Shown here: in pieces, positions 11,010 through 21,210 of the stretch
Numbering within the stretch: the stretch's first letter is position 1
How the letters are laid out: every line of letters begins with the position of its first letter
Program-made: the position numbers and the translations under genes
Assembly (NCBI GenBank): GCA_965209105.1
Contig: CBDBQB010000033.1
Location: forward strand, 6,805-70,804
Origin: Candidatus Poriferihabitaceae bacterium
Lineage (GTDB): Bacteria > Pseudomonadota > Gammaproteobacteria > Arenicellales > Poriferihabitantaceae
Direction: 5' to 3'
Length of the DNA stretch: 64,000 nucleotides
The notes under the pieces: model-generated
The model's database searches: none
Told to the model about the DNA's origin: nothing
Seen by the model: only the letters and a program-made list of their open reading frames with translations

Positions 11010-12373
11010 TACGCTACCTCCTGATCAAGAAGCGCGGAAATCACGCGCTCCATTTTGGTAAATCTCGACCCTTTAACCAATAGTGTGCAGGGCGATTTTT
11101 GCAGCGCTTCGAGCCGACTTAGCAAGCTTTTTATGTCACTGAACATGGCGGCAGAACCTCCAAAACCATCGACATAGGCCGCTATGTTTTGCTTGACCTT
11201 ACCCTCTGGCGCGTCGGCCAAGGCAAGTAAGACATCAATGCCTTGCGAACGCGCATAGCGACCCACTTCTTGATGGATGTTTTCTGCTTGGTCGCCCAGC
11301 TCGCCCATGGCACCCAGCACTAATATCTTCTGGCCGTCACAGTCAACAAGCACATCAATCGCTGCGCGCATCGACGCTAGATTGGCGTTGTAGCTATCAT
11401 CTATCAATGTGGTGTTTGAACAAAGCGTGTATGCCTGCAAACGGCTGTTTACAGACACGCAGTTTTCCAAGCCTTTTTCAATTGCCTCAATAGGAAGCTC
11501 TGCTGCCACGGCAACCGCAATCACCGCCAAGGCATTGTGCCGGTTATGTCGGCCAATCATCGAAAATTTAAAATCGTGGGCTTGCGCAATAATCCGCACA
11601 GTGATTCTAGAGGCGTTTGAGGACAGCAGACGAATATCAGCCTGATCACTCTCTCCAAAACTCAGTACCTTTCTACTACCGCAGCGCTTTTTCCAAACGG
11701 TATAAAACTGATCATCTCGGTTTAATACGACCACGCCTTGCTGATCCACAAAATCGATCAACTCGCCTTTTGCTTCTGCCACACCTTCAATGGTTTTTAA
11801 GCCTTCTAAATGCGCTGCCGCCGCATTGATAATCAAACCAATCGTGGGCTTAACAATTTTGCCAAGATAGCTTAATTCGCCGGCATGATTCATCCCCATC
11901 TCAATCACAGCGGAACGATGGTTTTCACGCAATTTCAATAAGGTGAGTGGCACACCCCAATGGTTGTTAAAGCTACCCTCGGGGGCGATACCCGGTATGT
12001 GGCCCGAAAAAATCGTATTCAGCATTGCGGCAACGGTGGTCTTGCCATTGCTGCCGGTAATGCCCACCACCGGCACGTCAAATCGCTCGCGCCAATAGGC
12101 CGCCAACAGACCCAGCGCTAGGGTTGTATCTTCTACCTTAATGTGACGTATCGATTGATCATCAGCGAAATCTTCATCTGCCACGCTGGCCAAACTACCG
12201 CGATCAATCGCCGCAGGAATAAAATCATGGCCATTTTTACTTTCCCCATGAATCGCGAAAAATAGTGCGTTCTGTTCCAAACGGCGCGTATCAAATTCAA
12301 CCGACATAAAACGCGCGTCTTCACCGCTTAACCGGCCTTTCATTGCTGTACTCGCTTCGCTTAACATCATCAT
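11009..12373 (-). CDS. murF: UDP-N-acetylmuramoyl-tripeptide--D-alanyl-D-alanine ligase MurF
   Basis: Mur ligase, [10 protein letters not shown]; dcw position. Confidence 0.94.
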   Translation of the reverse strand: MMMLSEASTAMKGRLSGEDARFMSVEFDTRRLEQNALFFAIHGESKNGHDFIPAAIDRGSLASVADEDFADDQSIRHIKVEDTTLALGLLAAYWRERFDVPVVGITGSNGKTTVAAMLNTIFSGHIPGIAPEGSFNNHWGVPLTLLKLRENHRSAVIEMGMNHAGELSYLGKIVKPTIGLIINAAAAHLEGLKTIEGVAEAKGELIDFVDQQGVVVLNRDDQFYTVWKKRCGSRKVLSFGESDQADIRLLSSNASRITVRIIAQAHDFKFSMIGRHNRHNALAVIAVAVAAELPIEAIEKGLENCVSVNSRLQAYTLCSNTTLIDDSYNANLASMRAAIDVLVDCDGQKILVLGAMGELGDQAENIHQEVGRYARSQGIDVLLALADAPEGKVKQNIAAYVDGFGGSAAMFSDIKSLLSRLEALQKSPCTLLVKGSRFTKMERVISALLDQEVA

Positions 12374-13845
12374 GCTGCTAACTGCTCCAGCGCTTTTCTT
12401 ACAATCAAACGATCATCAAATGTCTGGCTATGATCTGCGAAAATCTGTTCTGATTCATGGCCTTTACCTGCGATCAGCACCCAATCCTCGGCGTTTGCCT
12501 GTCTGATCGCCGTGCGGATGGCCTGCTCTCTATCGTGCAACACCCAAACCGCTCGCTGCATTCCTTCTACAATATCCGCTACTATTTGATCTGCAGATTC
12601 GGTTCGCGGATTGTCGTCCGTGAGGTAAATATGATCGGCCATTTTTTCAGCAATTTCACCCATGATGGGGCGCTTGGTTTTATCTCGATCACCCCCGCAT
12701 CCAAAAACCACGGACAGACTGCCCTGGCAGTGCGACTGACAAGCCAGCAATGCCTTTTCTAACGCATCGGGGGTATGGGCGTAATCCACCACCACTGCCG
12801 TTTGCGTTGCTGCGCCGACGATACGTTCCATCCGCCCGGGCGCTGCTTCACAGTTCACTAAGGCGTCGGCCATTGCTTTCAATGAGCAACCCATCGCGCG
12901 ACCCACCCCGAGCACAGACAGTAAATTGTAAAGATTAAACTGCCCGATAAGCTGGGTGCTTAAAACGCATCGCTCCGTGCCTTCGTAAACCTCGCAATAC
13001 AAACCATCCTGTTTGAGTTCAATTTGATCGGCGCGTAGTTCACCCGCATTGATCCCCACTGAGAAAGTATTGCTTTTCAGGGAACCCAGCAATTTCTGAC
13101 CCATCTCATCGTCTGCGTTGATCACAGCAGTGTGGTAGTCAAAAGTTTCAAAGAGGCGTTGCTTGGCCGTGGAATACGCCTCCATAGAATGATGAAAATC
13201 CAAGTGGTCTTGACTCAAATTGGTCAATACAACATGCTCAAACTTAAGCGCGTTGACCCGCCCCAGCTCCAGACCATGTGATGAAACTTCCATACAAACA
13301 ACGTCAACGCCTTGCTCTTTTAAATCTGCCAACGCTTTTTGCGTCGAGACCGCATCGGGCGTGGTCATACCCGTCGATACCACTGCACCCAGTTTACCCA
13401 CGCCCAAGGTACCGATCAGCCCTGTATCCAGCCCCAAGCGCTGTAACATTTGCGCCAAATAATAGACAACCGTGGTTTTGCCATTGGTGCCGGTCACGCC
13501 AATGACTTTAAGGCTACGCGAGGGGTGTCCGTAAAAACGCCCTGCTATCCTACTGATTGATGCGGATAACTCGGGTATCTCAATCACAGTTCCGTTTTCG
13601 GCAATTTTCGGATCCAAAACAGGCGTTCCCCCGGCTTCGATCAATACTGCAGCGGCACCCTTTTGGAATGCTTGCACTAGGTCTTTTCTAGCATCGTATT
13701 GCGCCCCTTTGAGCGCAATGAATAAACAGCCCTTTGTGATGTCTCGGCTATCTAAGCAAACAGCGGAGATATCTAGCGCAGGAATATCCCGTACGATATT
13801 CATGCCATTTAATAATTCTTCGAGTGACGCACGATAGCTACTCAT
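12370..13845 (-). CDS. murE: UDP-N-acetylmuramoyl-L-alanyl-D-glutamate--2,6-diaminopimelate ligase MurE
   Basis: Mur ligase, GVTGTNGKTT, DNPR motif (LTDDNPRTE). Confidence 0.95.
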   Translation of the reverse strand: MSSYRASLEELLNGMNIVRDIPALDISAVCLDSRDITKGCLFIALKGAQYDARKDLVQAFQKGAAAVLIEAGGTPVLDPKIAENGTVIEIPELSASISRIAGRFYGHPSRSLKVIGVTGTNGKTTVVYYLAQMLQRLGLDTGLIGTLGVGKLGAVVSTGMTTPDAVSTQKALADLKEQGVDVVCMEVSSHGLELGRVNALKFEHVVLTNLSQDHLDFHHSMEAYSTAKQRLFETFDYHTAVINADDEMGQKLLGSLKSNTFSVGINAGELRADQIELKQDGLYCEVYEGTERCVLSTQLIGQFNLYNLLSVLGVGRAMGCSLKAMADALVNCEAAPGRMERIVGAATQTAVVVDYAHTPDALEKALLACQSHCQGSLSVVFGCGGDRDKTKRPIMGEIAEKMADHIYLTDDNPRTESADQIVADIVEGMQRAVWVLHDREQAIRTAIRQANAEDWVLIAGKGHESEQIFADHSQTFDDRLIVRKALEQLAA

Positions 13846-15590
13846 GCGCCCTCCTTTGCCAGAGCGGACGGCTCTGCTGCGACCTTAAGTTCTTCGGCTC
13901 CACTGAGGGCGCTATCCGGTGCAATATTATATAAACGCAGGGTATCTCCCATTAACTTTGAAAAAACGGGGCCTGCGACCGTACCACCGTAATATTTTCC
14001 GGCTTGCGGATCATCCACCATAACAACGATCACAAAGCGCGGATCGCTCATGGGCGCCAATCCCACAAACCACGACACATAATGACCTTCTTCGTAACCA
14101 TTGCCCGTATTGCGCCGCGAAGTACCGGTCTTCCCGCCAACTCGGTATCGGTCTACCCGCGCGCGACGGGCGGTCCCTTCGGATGTGGTCACGCCTTCTA
14201 ACATATGCAATATCTGCGTATTGGTTTGCCGACTGAAAACTCGTCTCCCATTGACTCGACTATTAGCGGGGCGCTTTTCAATGGTGGTCGGCTTTAACAC
14301 TCCATCGTTAGCAAAAATGGTATAGGCGCGCGCAATTTGTAAAGGCGTTGCATTCAAGCCATATCCATACGACTGGGTTAAGCGGTCGATCAGGCGTTTT
14401 CTTTTCGGTAATACACCGCTGACTTCAGCGGGCACCGCGTTGACCTTACGACCAAATCCTACTTTACTGAAAGTCTCGTATAAGTCTTCGTATGGCAGTT
14501 CCATCGAGAGCTTGGCTGCACCGATATTGCTAGACTTGATCACGATCTCTGCTAGCGTCAATACGCCGTTGGGACGCGTATCGGTGATACGTCCACCCGG
14601 CACTTTAAATGGCAGCCTACCGGTATCAATCGTCGATTGAGGTGTGAACGCTCCCGACTCCAATGCGGTCGCAACCGTGAAAGGTTTAACGGTTGAGCCC
14701 GGCTCTTGTACATCCGTTACTGCGCGGTTTCTAAATTTATCTGGCTGCAGCGTACGCCGATCATTCGGATTGAATTGCGGCGAATCTACCAGTGCCAAAA
14801 TTTCTCCAGTCGGTGCATCGATTAAAACCGCGCTGCCACCTTGTGCCTGATGTTGGCGAACTGCCTGCTCTAAATATCCACTGGCTAAATATTGTAAGCG
14901 ACTATCAATACTCAAAACCAAGGGCGCGCCATTTTTAACTGCGTCAATTTGCTCAACAAATTCTACAAAACGACCTTTACTATCTCGATGGACAATCTGC
15001 TTGCCCTTTTTACCTTGCAGTATTTTTTGGTAAGCCTTCTCAACGCCCTCTTGGCCCGCACCATCAATATCCGTAAATCCAATTAAATGACCCGCCGCAG
15101 GGCCGGAAGGGTAAAAACGCTTGTAATCGCGCTGCAGATGCACGCCGGGCACATTAAGCGCGGCCACGCGCTCGGCAAGTAAAGGCGCAACTTGGCGCTT
15201 AACGTACATAAAGTTATTTTTAAACCCGCCCGCGCTGCGCTTTTTACAAGCCTCAGTCAGCGCTGAGGGTTTAATCGGCACCAATTTGGACATCGCCTTC
15301 CACTGTGCTTGTGCCGCGCAGAACAATTTTGCTTCCGCCCAAATCGTGTCCACCGGCGTACTCACTGCCAAGAGGTTTTGATTACGATCGTAAATCGGCC
15401 CTCTAATCGCAGGAATTTGGATCGAACGTACATGACGCGCCTTGGCTTCAGCCACCAAGCGATCATGCCCGAACAACTGAATGGTCAGCAATTTAGCCGC
15501 CAAGACTAAAAAACCCACACTCACCACGGTCATCAACATGCGCTGACGAAAAATCGTGCGCTGGATATTATGGGCATCTTGGAGTCTCAT
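13842..15590 (-). CDS. ftsI: peptidoglycan D,D-transpeptidase FtsI (PBP3)
   Basis: N-terminal TM anchor; PBP dimerisation and transpeptidase domains (STVKP, SSN, KTGT). Confidence 0.95.
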   Translation of the reverse strand: MRLQDAHNIQRTIFRQRMLMTVVSVGFLVLAAKLLTIQLFGHDRLVAEAKARHVRSIQIPAIRGPIYDRNQNLLAVSTPVDTIWAEAKLFCAAQAQWKAMSKLVPIKPSALTEACKKRSAGGFKNNFMYVKRQVAPLLAERVAALNVPGVHLQRDYKRFYPSGPAAGHLIGFTDIDGAGQEGVEKAYQKILQGKKGKQIVHRDSKGRFVEFVEQIDAVKNGAPLVLSIDSRLQYLASGYLEQAVRQHQAQGGSAVLIDAPTGEILALVDSPQFNPNDRRTLQPDKFRNRAVTDVQEPGSTVKPFTVATALESGAFTPQSTIDTGRLPFKVPGGRITDTRPNGVLTLAEIVIKSSNIGAAKLSMELPYEDLYETFSKVGFGRKVNAVPAEVSGVLPKRKRLIDRLTQSYGYGLNATPLQIARAYTIFANDGVLKPTTIEKRPANSRVNGRRVFSRQTNTQILHMLEGVTTSEGTARRARVDRYRVGGKTGTSRRNTGNGYEEGHYVSWFVGLAPMSDPRFVIVVMVDDPQAGKYYGGTVAGPVFSKLMGDTLRLYNIAPDSALSGAEELKVAAEPSALAKEGA

Positions 15591-15889
15591 TCTGATCGCG
15601 CCTCACCGTTCGACGCAAGACGGATGGTTTGGATATTGCCACTCGTGGGTGGCAGCATTTCGTAACGGCCGCGCACCTCGGATTCCACATTGTGCGCCAA
15701 ACGCCAGGTGGAGTATTCCGCCATCAGCTGACGCCATTCAATCGCAAGATCGTCGCGTTCGCGTTCAAGCTTTTGCGCCGTATAAAAAGACAAGCGATTA
15801 AACTGTCGCACCGACACCAAGGCCAAGGCACTGGCCACGACCGAAACAATCAAGGCGGCACACACCATTGACTGTGTATTCCATCTCAT
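15587..15889 (-). CDS. ftsL: cell division protein FtsL
   Basis: 100-aa bitopic protein with a coiled-coil region, between rsmH and ftsI. Confidence 0.85.
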   Translation of the reverse strand: MRWNTQSMVCAALIVSVVASALALVSVRQFNRLSFYTAQKLERERDDLAIEWRQLMAEYSTWRLAHNVESEVRGRYEMLPPTSGNIQTIRLASNGEARSE

Positions 15890-16824
15890 CGACGAACCTT
15901 CTGCGCAACACGCATAATCGCGCTGCGTGCGCGTCTGTTTCCGTCAAGTTCTTGCTCACTCGCGCGGATTGGCTTTCCAATGAGTTTTATTCGCGGTTTG
16001 ATTTGATCCGCACGAATCGGCAGCTCCGGTGGATAATCATCGCCTTTCGCCTCTTTTTGCAACAACCGTTTGACGGGACGATCTTCCAGGGAATGAAAAC
16101 TAATCACCACCAATCTGCCGTCAATGGCCAAAGCATCGAGCGCGTCTGGCAGTACCGCGATAATTTCTTGCAACTCCTCATTGATCGCGATACGAATCGC
16201 CTGAAACGAACGCGTCGCGGGATGTTTCTCACGCTCATGCATGGGCATGGCATCGCTAATGATTTTTGCCAAGGTCGCGGTAGTTTCGATGGGTGAAATC
16301 TCGCGCTGCTCAATTATTGCGTTAGCGATACGCTTTGCAAAACGCTCTTCGCCATACACCCTGAGCACCCGCACTAAATCTCTAAATTCAACCGTCGACA
16401 ACCACTCGGCCGCTGTTTGGCCTTGCGTAGTGTCCATGCGCATATCGAGTACACCATCGCGCTGAAACGAGAATCCGCGATCCGGCTCATCGAGTTGCGG
16501 TGAAGACACACCAAAATCAAACAGGATGCCATCAACCGCTCCGAGCAGGTCGAGCGCTTTTAATTTAACACCAAGGCTTGAAAATGGCGCATGAATAATC
16601 GTGACCCGCTCATCATCACCCATCAGCTTAACCGCAACGGCAACCGCGTCAGGATCTCGATCCATCACCCATAAACGACCATCTTGATTAAGCTTGGCTA
16701 AAATTAAACTCGCATGACCGCCGCGTCCGAAAGTGCCGTCCACATAAAAGCCGCCGGGTCGCATCTGTAGCGCATCGACGGCTTCGGTGAGCAACACAGA
16801 TTGATGCGCTGCTCCAGTATTCAC
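15886..16824 (-). CDS. rsmH: 16S rRNA (cytosine1402-N4)-methyltransferase RsmH
   Basis: HQSVLLTEAVDAL and DGTFGRGGH motifs. Start proposed at GTG 16824, overlapping the mraZ TGA (GTGA). The listed ORF start 16884 overlaps mraZ by 64 nt. Confidence 0.92.
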   Translation of the reverse strand: MNTGAAHQSVLLTEAVDALQMRPGGFYVDGTFGRGGHASLILAKLNQDGRLWVMDRDPDAVAVAVKLMGDDERVTIIHAPFSSLGVKLKALDLLGAVDGILFDFGVSSPQLDEPDRGFSFQRDGVLDMRMDTTQGQTAAEWLSTVEFRDLVRVLRVYGEERFAKRIANAIIEQREISPIETTATLAKIISDAMPMHEREKHPATRSFQAIRIAINEELQEIIAVLPDALDALAIDGRLVVISFHSLEDRPVKRLLQKEAKGDDYPPELPIRADQIKPRIKLIGKPIRASEQELDGNRRARSAIMRVAQKVRR

Positions 16825-17279
16825 AGCTGAAGTATCTCCATGTCCGGCGTGGGTTCGGTGGCATCGCTTGAGGCATCCAACCATTTATCACAACTTTCTT
16901 CCCAATCCTTGGCGCTCCAAATTTCAAATTTATGGCCCTGCCCAATAAAGTACAGCTCTTTGTCTATCCGAGCGAAGGAGCGTAAAGAAGGCGGCAACAA
17001 AATTCTGCCCGTTTTGTCCATCTCAACATCCGCAGCATAGCCGATGAAGAAACGTTTGAGCCGAACATGCTGGGGCTGGAAGCTCGGCAAATCATTGATC
17101 TTTTTCTCAACGCGCTCCCATTCGTCCAAAGGGTACATCCATAAACAATGCTCTGAGGTATTGTTCACCGTCACGACCATCGAACCTTTGCATCGCTCAA
17201 GGAGTTCTTGACGATAGCGTGTCGGCAGGGCTAATCTGCCCTTGCCATCCACTTTAAGTTGATTAACGCCGCGATACAT
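16821..17279 (-). CDS. mraZ: division/cell wall cluster transcriptional regulator MraZ
   Basis: MYRGVNQLKVDGKGRLALP start, duplicated SpoVT/AbrB-like halves; first gene of the dcw operon. Confidence 0.95.
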   Translation of the reverse strand: MYRGVNQLKVDGKGRLALPTRYRQELLERCKGSMVVTVNNTSEHCLWMYPLDEWERVEKKINDLPSFQPQHVRLKRFFIGYAADVEMDKTGRILLPPSLRSFARIDKELYFIGQGHKFEIWSAKDWEESCDKWLDASSDATEPTPDMEILQL

Positions 17280-17331
17280 GTCGATAAAACCGTGATACTC
17301 CGATTAAGTGCACTTTTTACCACAGAATGGA

Positions 17332-17360
17332 AATATAGGGCTTATCCGAAAATAAGTCAA
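17332..17360 (-). promoter_or_regulatory. candidate sigma70 promoter of the dcw operon (Pmra)
   Basis: Minus strand reads TTGACT, 17 nt, TATATT, ending about 50 nt upstream of the mraZ ATG. Downstream GTGGT/GTGCA repeats at 10-bp spacing resemble MraZ boxes, but only weakly. Confidence 0.5.
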
Positions 17361-17469
17361 GGTTTTTCAACAAGATACGTTCGATTTAACGGTGAAATAC
17401 CGTCAATATTCTTACCTTATAAATCAAACAGATAAAGAATTTACCTAATTTGAATTAACAAGAAAAAGA

Positions 17470-17830
17470 AGTAAGTTGATCTGTAAGCCGGGTTCTGTCT
17501 AGGACGATCATTCATCTGGGATATTTGTCGCCAAATACCTCATGCAACCTACCCGAAACCAACGCGGGTCGCGCCTTGCTTGGAATAAACCAAGATGGTT
17601 TCCTATTTGGTCTTGCTCCAAGTGGGGTTTACCCTGCCACGACGATTACCCGCCGCGCGGTGCGCTCTTACCGCACCATTTCACCCTTACCCGCCGAAAC
17701 GAGCGGTATATTTTCTGTGGCACTGGCCATCGGCTTGCGCCGCCCAGACGTTATCTGGCACTTTACCCTGCGGAGCCCGGACTTTCCTCGACACTCAAAA
17801 TGAACACCGCGATCGCCCGATCAACTTAGG
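17470..17830 (-). ncRNA. rnpB: RNase P RNA, bacterial type A
   Basis: Minus strand contains GAGGAAAGTCCGGGCTCC (complement at about 17772-17789) and ACAGAACCCGGCTTA near the 3' end. Terminal P1 pairing AAGTTGATC/GATCAACTT. ORFs 17525-17870 lie inside it and are spurious. Ends are approximate. Confidence 0.9.
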
Positions 17831-17971
17831 CCAGACTCTATGCAATCGCAGCGTGATTGGCAAGCAATGAGTAGGGATATATTGTATTTATCAAGCAGCA
17901 AGAAACCTTTCTCGTTATTGCACGCACCAAAGCTACGCGCCTTATGTTCACGCTACAGGAGTTAGATATAT

Positions 17972-19120
17972 CTAACTGGGACGAACGTGATCTGCCATGA
18001 AGTTACGCTGCATTTTAATGCCAATCCAAGCGCCCACGATAAGCGCTGCTAAATCGAAGAAAGAGCCCAGTGCGAGGGTTGAAACACCTGCCAAGCCTTG
18101 CCCCAAGGTACAGCCCATCCCTAAGATTCCGCCAATGCCCACCATCAAACCACCGACCGCATAGCGCACCGCTTCACCCACCGAAGTAAACCATTCGAAA
18201 CGAAAACTTCGAGTAAATATAGCTTGCAGTAAAGCGCCCGCACCGACGCCTAAAAAAGCGATCAAACCAAAAGTGATTAAATAAGCCAGCGGATTAGCAC
18301 TAACATAGAGGAGATCACCCATTGGGCGAATAAAGGTATACGACTGTACGCCCATGCCATATTGAGGAATATCTTGAAATTCGGAGTGTTCCATCGCTTC
18401 CGCAGCAATGGGACTACTCGTCAACCAAAATGCTGCAACAATAAACGCGCCTATAAAAAATCCGCCAATCAAGTTGTTGCGCCTAGCCATAAAATCGCCA
18501 GAACGAAATACAAAATAGAGGATAACAGCCGCTAACGAAACGCTCGCGACCGTTCGGGTGATGCCTAAATCTGTGCCAATGGTGGTCGACACTAGCGTGC
18601 CGATATCTTGATGGTCAAAGCCGCTTTCCACGAGATCGGGTGTTAGCGGCATGACCCAGTTTAAAAAATAGGTCGAAAAGAAACCTTCAACATACAGCAT
18701 CAATACTGCGGCTGAGCCCATTCCAAGGATCGCGACGATCGCTTTGAGATTGCCGCCGCCGAGATTGATCATATTTTTCATCCCACAGCCCCTGCACAGA
18801 GTCATCCCCACCCCGAAAAACATCCCGCCTGCTAGAAAAGCCGGCCATCGAAATTGGCTCATTCGGTAAGGTGGACGAGTCGAATCTAAATTTAATATAC
18901 CCAGCGCCTCAAGCAATGCGACACCCAAGACAGCCATGGCAATCGCAAAGAAATACATTCTAAAACGCCCGGTATTGCCTGTATCAACAATATCAGCAAT
19001 GCCCCCGAGCGGACAAAACTCTGTTTTTTTCGCTACCATGCCGAACAACATGGACAATAAAAATGCGCACAAAAAAAGTACGCCCACAGGATTTAGTTCT
19101 CCAATCAAAGGAATGCTCAT
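17972..19120 (-). CDS. YeeE/YedE family inner-membrane protein (sulfur-compound transport family)
   Basis: Polytopic protein with two related halves, each carrying conserved Cys motifs (EFCPLGG, LCRGCG, GMGCTLGQG). Confidence 0.75.
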   Translation of the reverse strand: MSIPLIGELNPVGVLFLCAFLLSMLFGMVAKKTEFCPLGGIADIVDTGNTGRFRMYFFAIAMAVLGVALLEALGILNLDSTRPPYRMSQFRWPAFLAGGMFFGVGMTLCRGCGMKNMINLGGGNLKAIVAILGMGSAAVLMLYVEGFFSTYFLNWVMPLTPDLVESGFDHQDIGTLVSTTIGTDLGITRTVASVSLAAVILYFVFRSGDFMARRNNLIGGFFIGAFIVAAFWLTSSPIAAEAMEHSEFQDIPQYGMGVQSYTFIRPMGDLLYVSANPLAYLITFGLIAFLGVGAGALLQAIFTRSFRFEWFTSVGEAVRYAVGGLMVGIGGILGMGCTLGQGLAGVSTLALGSFFDLAALIVGAWIGIKMQRNFMADHVRPS

Positions 19121-19534
19121 CTATCTATCTCTAATCTTATTTTTTGTCGCCAGCCTAAGCATCGCATGGTGGCGCGATGTAGCGCCAGAGAAGTTTCAAC
19201 TGTCTTAAACGATTATCAAGTCGACAAACACGCTAGAACTACATCAGTTATCGCTTATGAGAGGATAATAATTTGGCGAGCGGTTCACAAGTTACAAACT
19301 CACACAGTGCCGTCGAAGATAGCAATTCTAACTCTTTGGTGGAAGAGCCACTATTATATTTTTGCTAGGCAAACCCACTTTGGATCTTTCCCTATAAAAT
19401 AATCATTCGTTTTGAACTCTAACTAATGTTAGAGATATTTATGATCAAAGAAAGGGCGACTAAAGTACATATTAGACGGATAGTTATTTACATCGGCATG
19501 CATTCAGCTATATTTTCCGCGCGCTTGAAACCAA

Positions 19535-20908
19535 CTACAGGCAGAACACAATCGTCTTATTGTTTGCGCTGTTTGTGACATAGCAAGTTCCTTTATCGTT
19601 ATTCACTCTTTCTACTGAGCCGATATCGCTGAAGAACGCCGAATCGCTGCCATCAACGCCGTCCTGAAGTCGGGGCAGTGAACGTTGATCCTCACTTTGT
19701 GCATTCGGATCTGCACCAGTGATCGCATTAATAGCCGCACTGCCATCCCCTAGAACATGAGTCAAAGTAGGGCCGCCACTATTCGCAAGTGGCTCCAACA
19801 TCGCATCTGCGACCGTCATATTCCCATTCGTGCCAATGGTCATTCCGCAGGATGCTGTTCCACCAAATATATTGTTATTTCCCTTGCCATTCATTGTTTC
19901 GCTGGCCCCGCAATCCGAATTACCCATATTCTGATTGAATAAATTGTTATCGATTTTGATCAGGTTGCTATTGGGTGTGTTGCCTAAGCTTAGTACCTGA
20001 TAGTTGGTATTAAATGCAAAAGTATTGTGTATCACGGTGAAGGTAATCAACAGCGAATTGGTCAGCAAAGCGCCGGGGGAATTATTACTAAATGTAGAAT
20101 TGATCACCGAAAAGCTGTCTGAAAAGGCGGAAATTGCACCACCTAAGGATAATGAGACCAAAGGAACCATTGTCGCGGCATTGTTGTTGAAGGTTGATCG
20201 ACTGATTTGGGTGTCTAAGTTACGCGTTTCGACGGCCCCAGAAAAACCAGAGTTAGCCGTGTTGACTCCATTGGAGGCCCCAAGACCTGTAGAGTTATTG
20301 CTAAAAGTGCTGTCACTAATCATTAACGTGCCGTCTGTGTCATTATTAGTATAAATCGCGCCACCCGAACCACCTCTTCCAACACTGATATCTGTATTTA
20401 GGGCGCCGTCTCCTGTTTGATTATTATTCAAGGTGCAAAAGTTGAGGCTAAGCGAGCCGAGACTAAAGATGGCGCCCCCTCCCGGCGCAAACCCATCCGA
20501 ACTGAATGACGTATTTGTATCGGTAATACCATCGCTTGAGTGCCCATTTTGTATCGTCAGCTGATTGAATATGATATTTGCATTGACCCCAAATTTGAAC
20601 AATCTGAACTGCGGTGCGGCATCTGCACGTTCTATCGTTGCACCATTACCGTTTATAGTGATCCCTGTATCGACTAGCGGCAGACCATTCGCGCCATCTA
20701 CATCGGTATTGTTTACAGCAGTGAGTGAGTAAACGCAGCCAATATCGAGATCCAAGACATCGTCTACGCCATTGCCTTCGGCTGTAGTGATAGCGGCTAT
20801 CAAATCATTTGCAGTACAGGCCACGTTAATCGTAACTGCGGTTGACGGGCAACTGAAGATAATCCCTGTAAGAAATAAAAACAACTTTTCAAAATGTCTA
20901 GTTCTCAT
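19535..20908 (-). CDS. secreted right-handed beta-helix repeat protein (choice-of-anchor Q / polymorphic outer membrane protein-like)
   Basis: N-terminal signal peptide. Repeated GGAI..N/..S.F.NN units. C-terminal ANSGGPTLTHVL...DQRSLPR...DIGSVE block typical of this family. Confidence 0.6.
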   Translation of the reverse strand: MRTRHFEKLFLFLTGIIFSCPSTAVTINVACTANDLIAAITTAEGNGVDDVLDLDIGCVYSLTAVNNTDVDGANGLPLVDTGITINGNGATIERADAAPQFRLFKFGVNANIIFNQLTIQNGHSSDGITDTNTSFSSDGFAPGGGAIFSLGSLSLNFCTLNNNQTGDGALNTDISVGRGGSGGAIYTNNDTDGTLMISDSTFSNNSTGLGASNGVNTANSGFSGAVETRNLDTQISRSTFNNNAATMVPLVSLSLGGAISAFSDSFSVINSTFSNNSPGALLTNSLLITFTVIHNTFAFNTNYQVLSLGNTPNSNLIKIDNNLFNQNMGNSDCGASETMNGKGNNNIFGGTASCGMTIGTNGNMTVADAMLEPLANSGGPTLTHVLGDGSAAINAITGADPNAQSEDQRSLPRLQDGVDGSDSAFFSDIGSVERVNNDKGTCYVTNSANNKTIVFCL

Positions 20909-20974
20909 GCTTGAAGCCTAAGTTAATTTCTTAAACTTAGCATATTACTCCATGTGGGCTGCTGGCAGAGTCAA

Positions 20975-21150
20975 CAATCTTTTCGATGTTCTTGAATCTA
21001 TCCATACGCTGCACGGATTTCTTTTGAAGCTATGTGACTTTGACAATCATATGCTCTGGCACCCCTTGCCCGATTAACTTGTCGGGATGATGCTGGCTGA
21101 TGAACTCTTAATAGGCACGTTTAATTTCTTTGTCACTGCTTTGTATGCAA
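20975..21150 (-). pseudogene. degenerate fragment of the djlA 3' end (J-domain coding)
   Basis: Aligns by eye to 29455-29630, the 3' end of the intact djlA, in the same orientation at roughly 70-80 percent identity. Translation SDKEIKRAY*EFISQHHPDKLIGQGVPEHMI carries stops and a 1-nt indel. Confidence 0.75.
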
Positions 21151-21210
21151 TAGTGCAAAAGGGGATAAGCTGCCCATAGACCGGTTTCAACTATAATCAG
21201 CTTAGAGCAC

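Noticed and set aside
1088-16945. Dozens of listed 60-190-aa ORFs antisense to, or out of frame within, the dcw genes. Examples are 1325..1648, 7006..7566, 8630..9319 and 15868..16296.
   Set aside because: Each lies wholly inside a confidently identified conserved gene on the other strand or frame. They have low-complexity Ala/Ser/Pro/Arg-rich translations and no independent signals.
17525-17870. Three overlapping plus-strand ORFs of 91-95 aa.
   Set aside because: They lie inside the RNase P RNA gene, so they are open frames by chance in a structured RNA.
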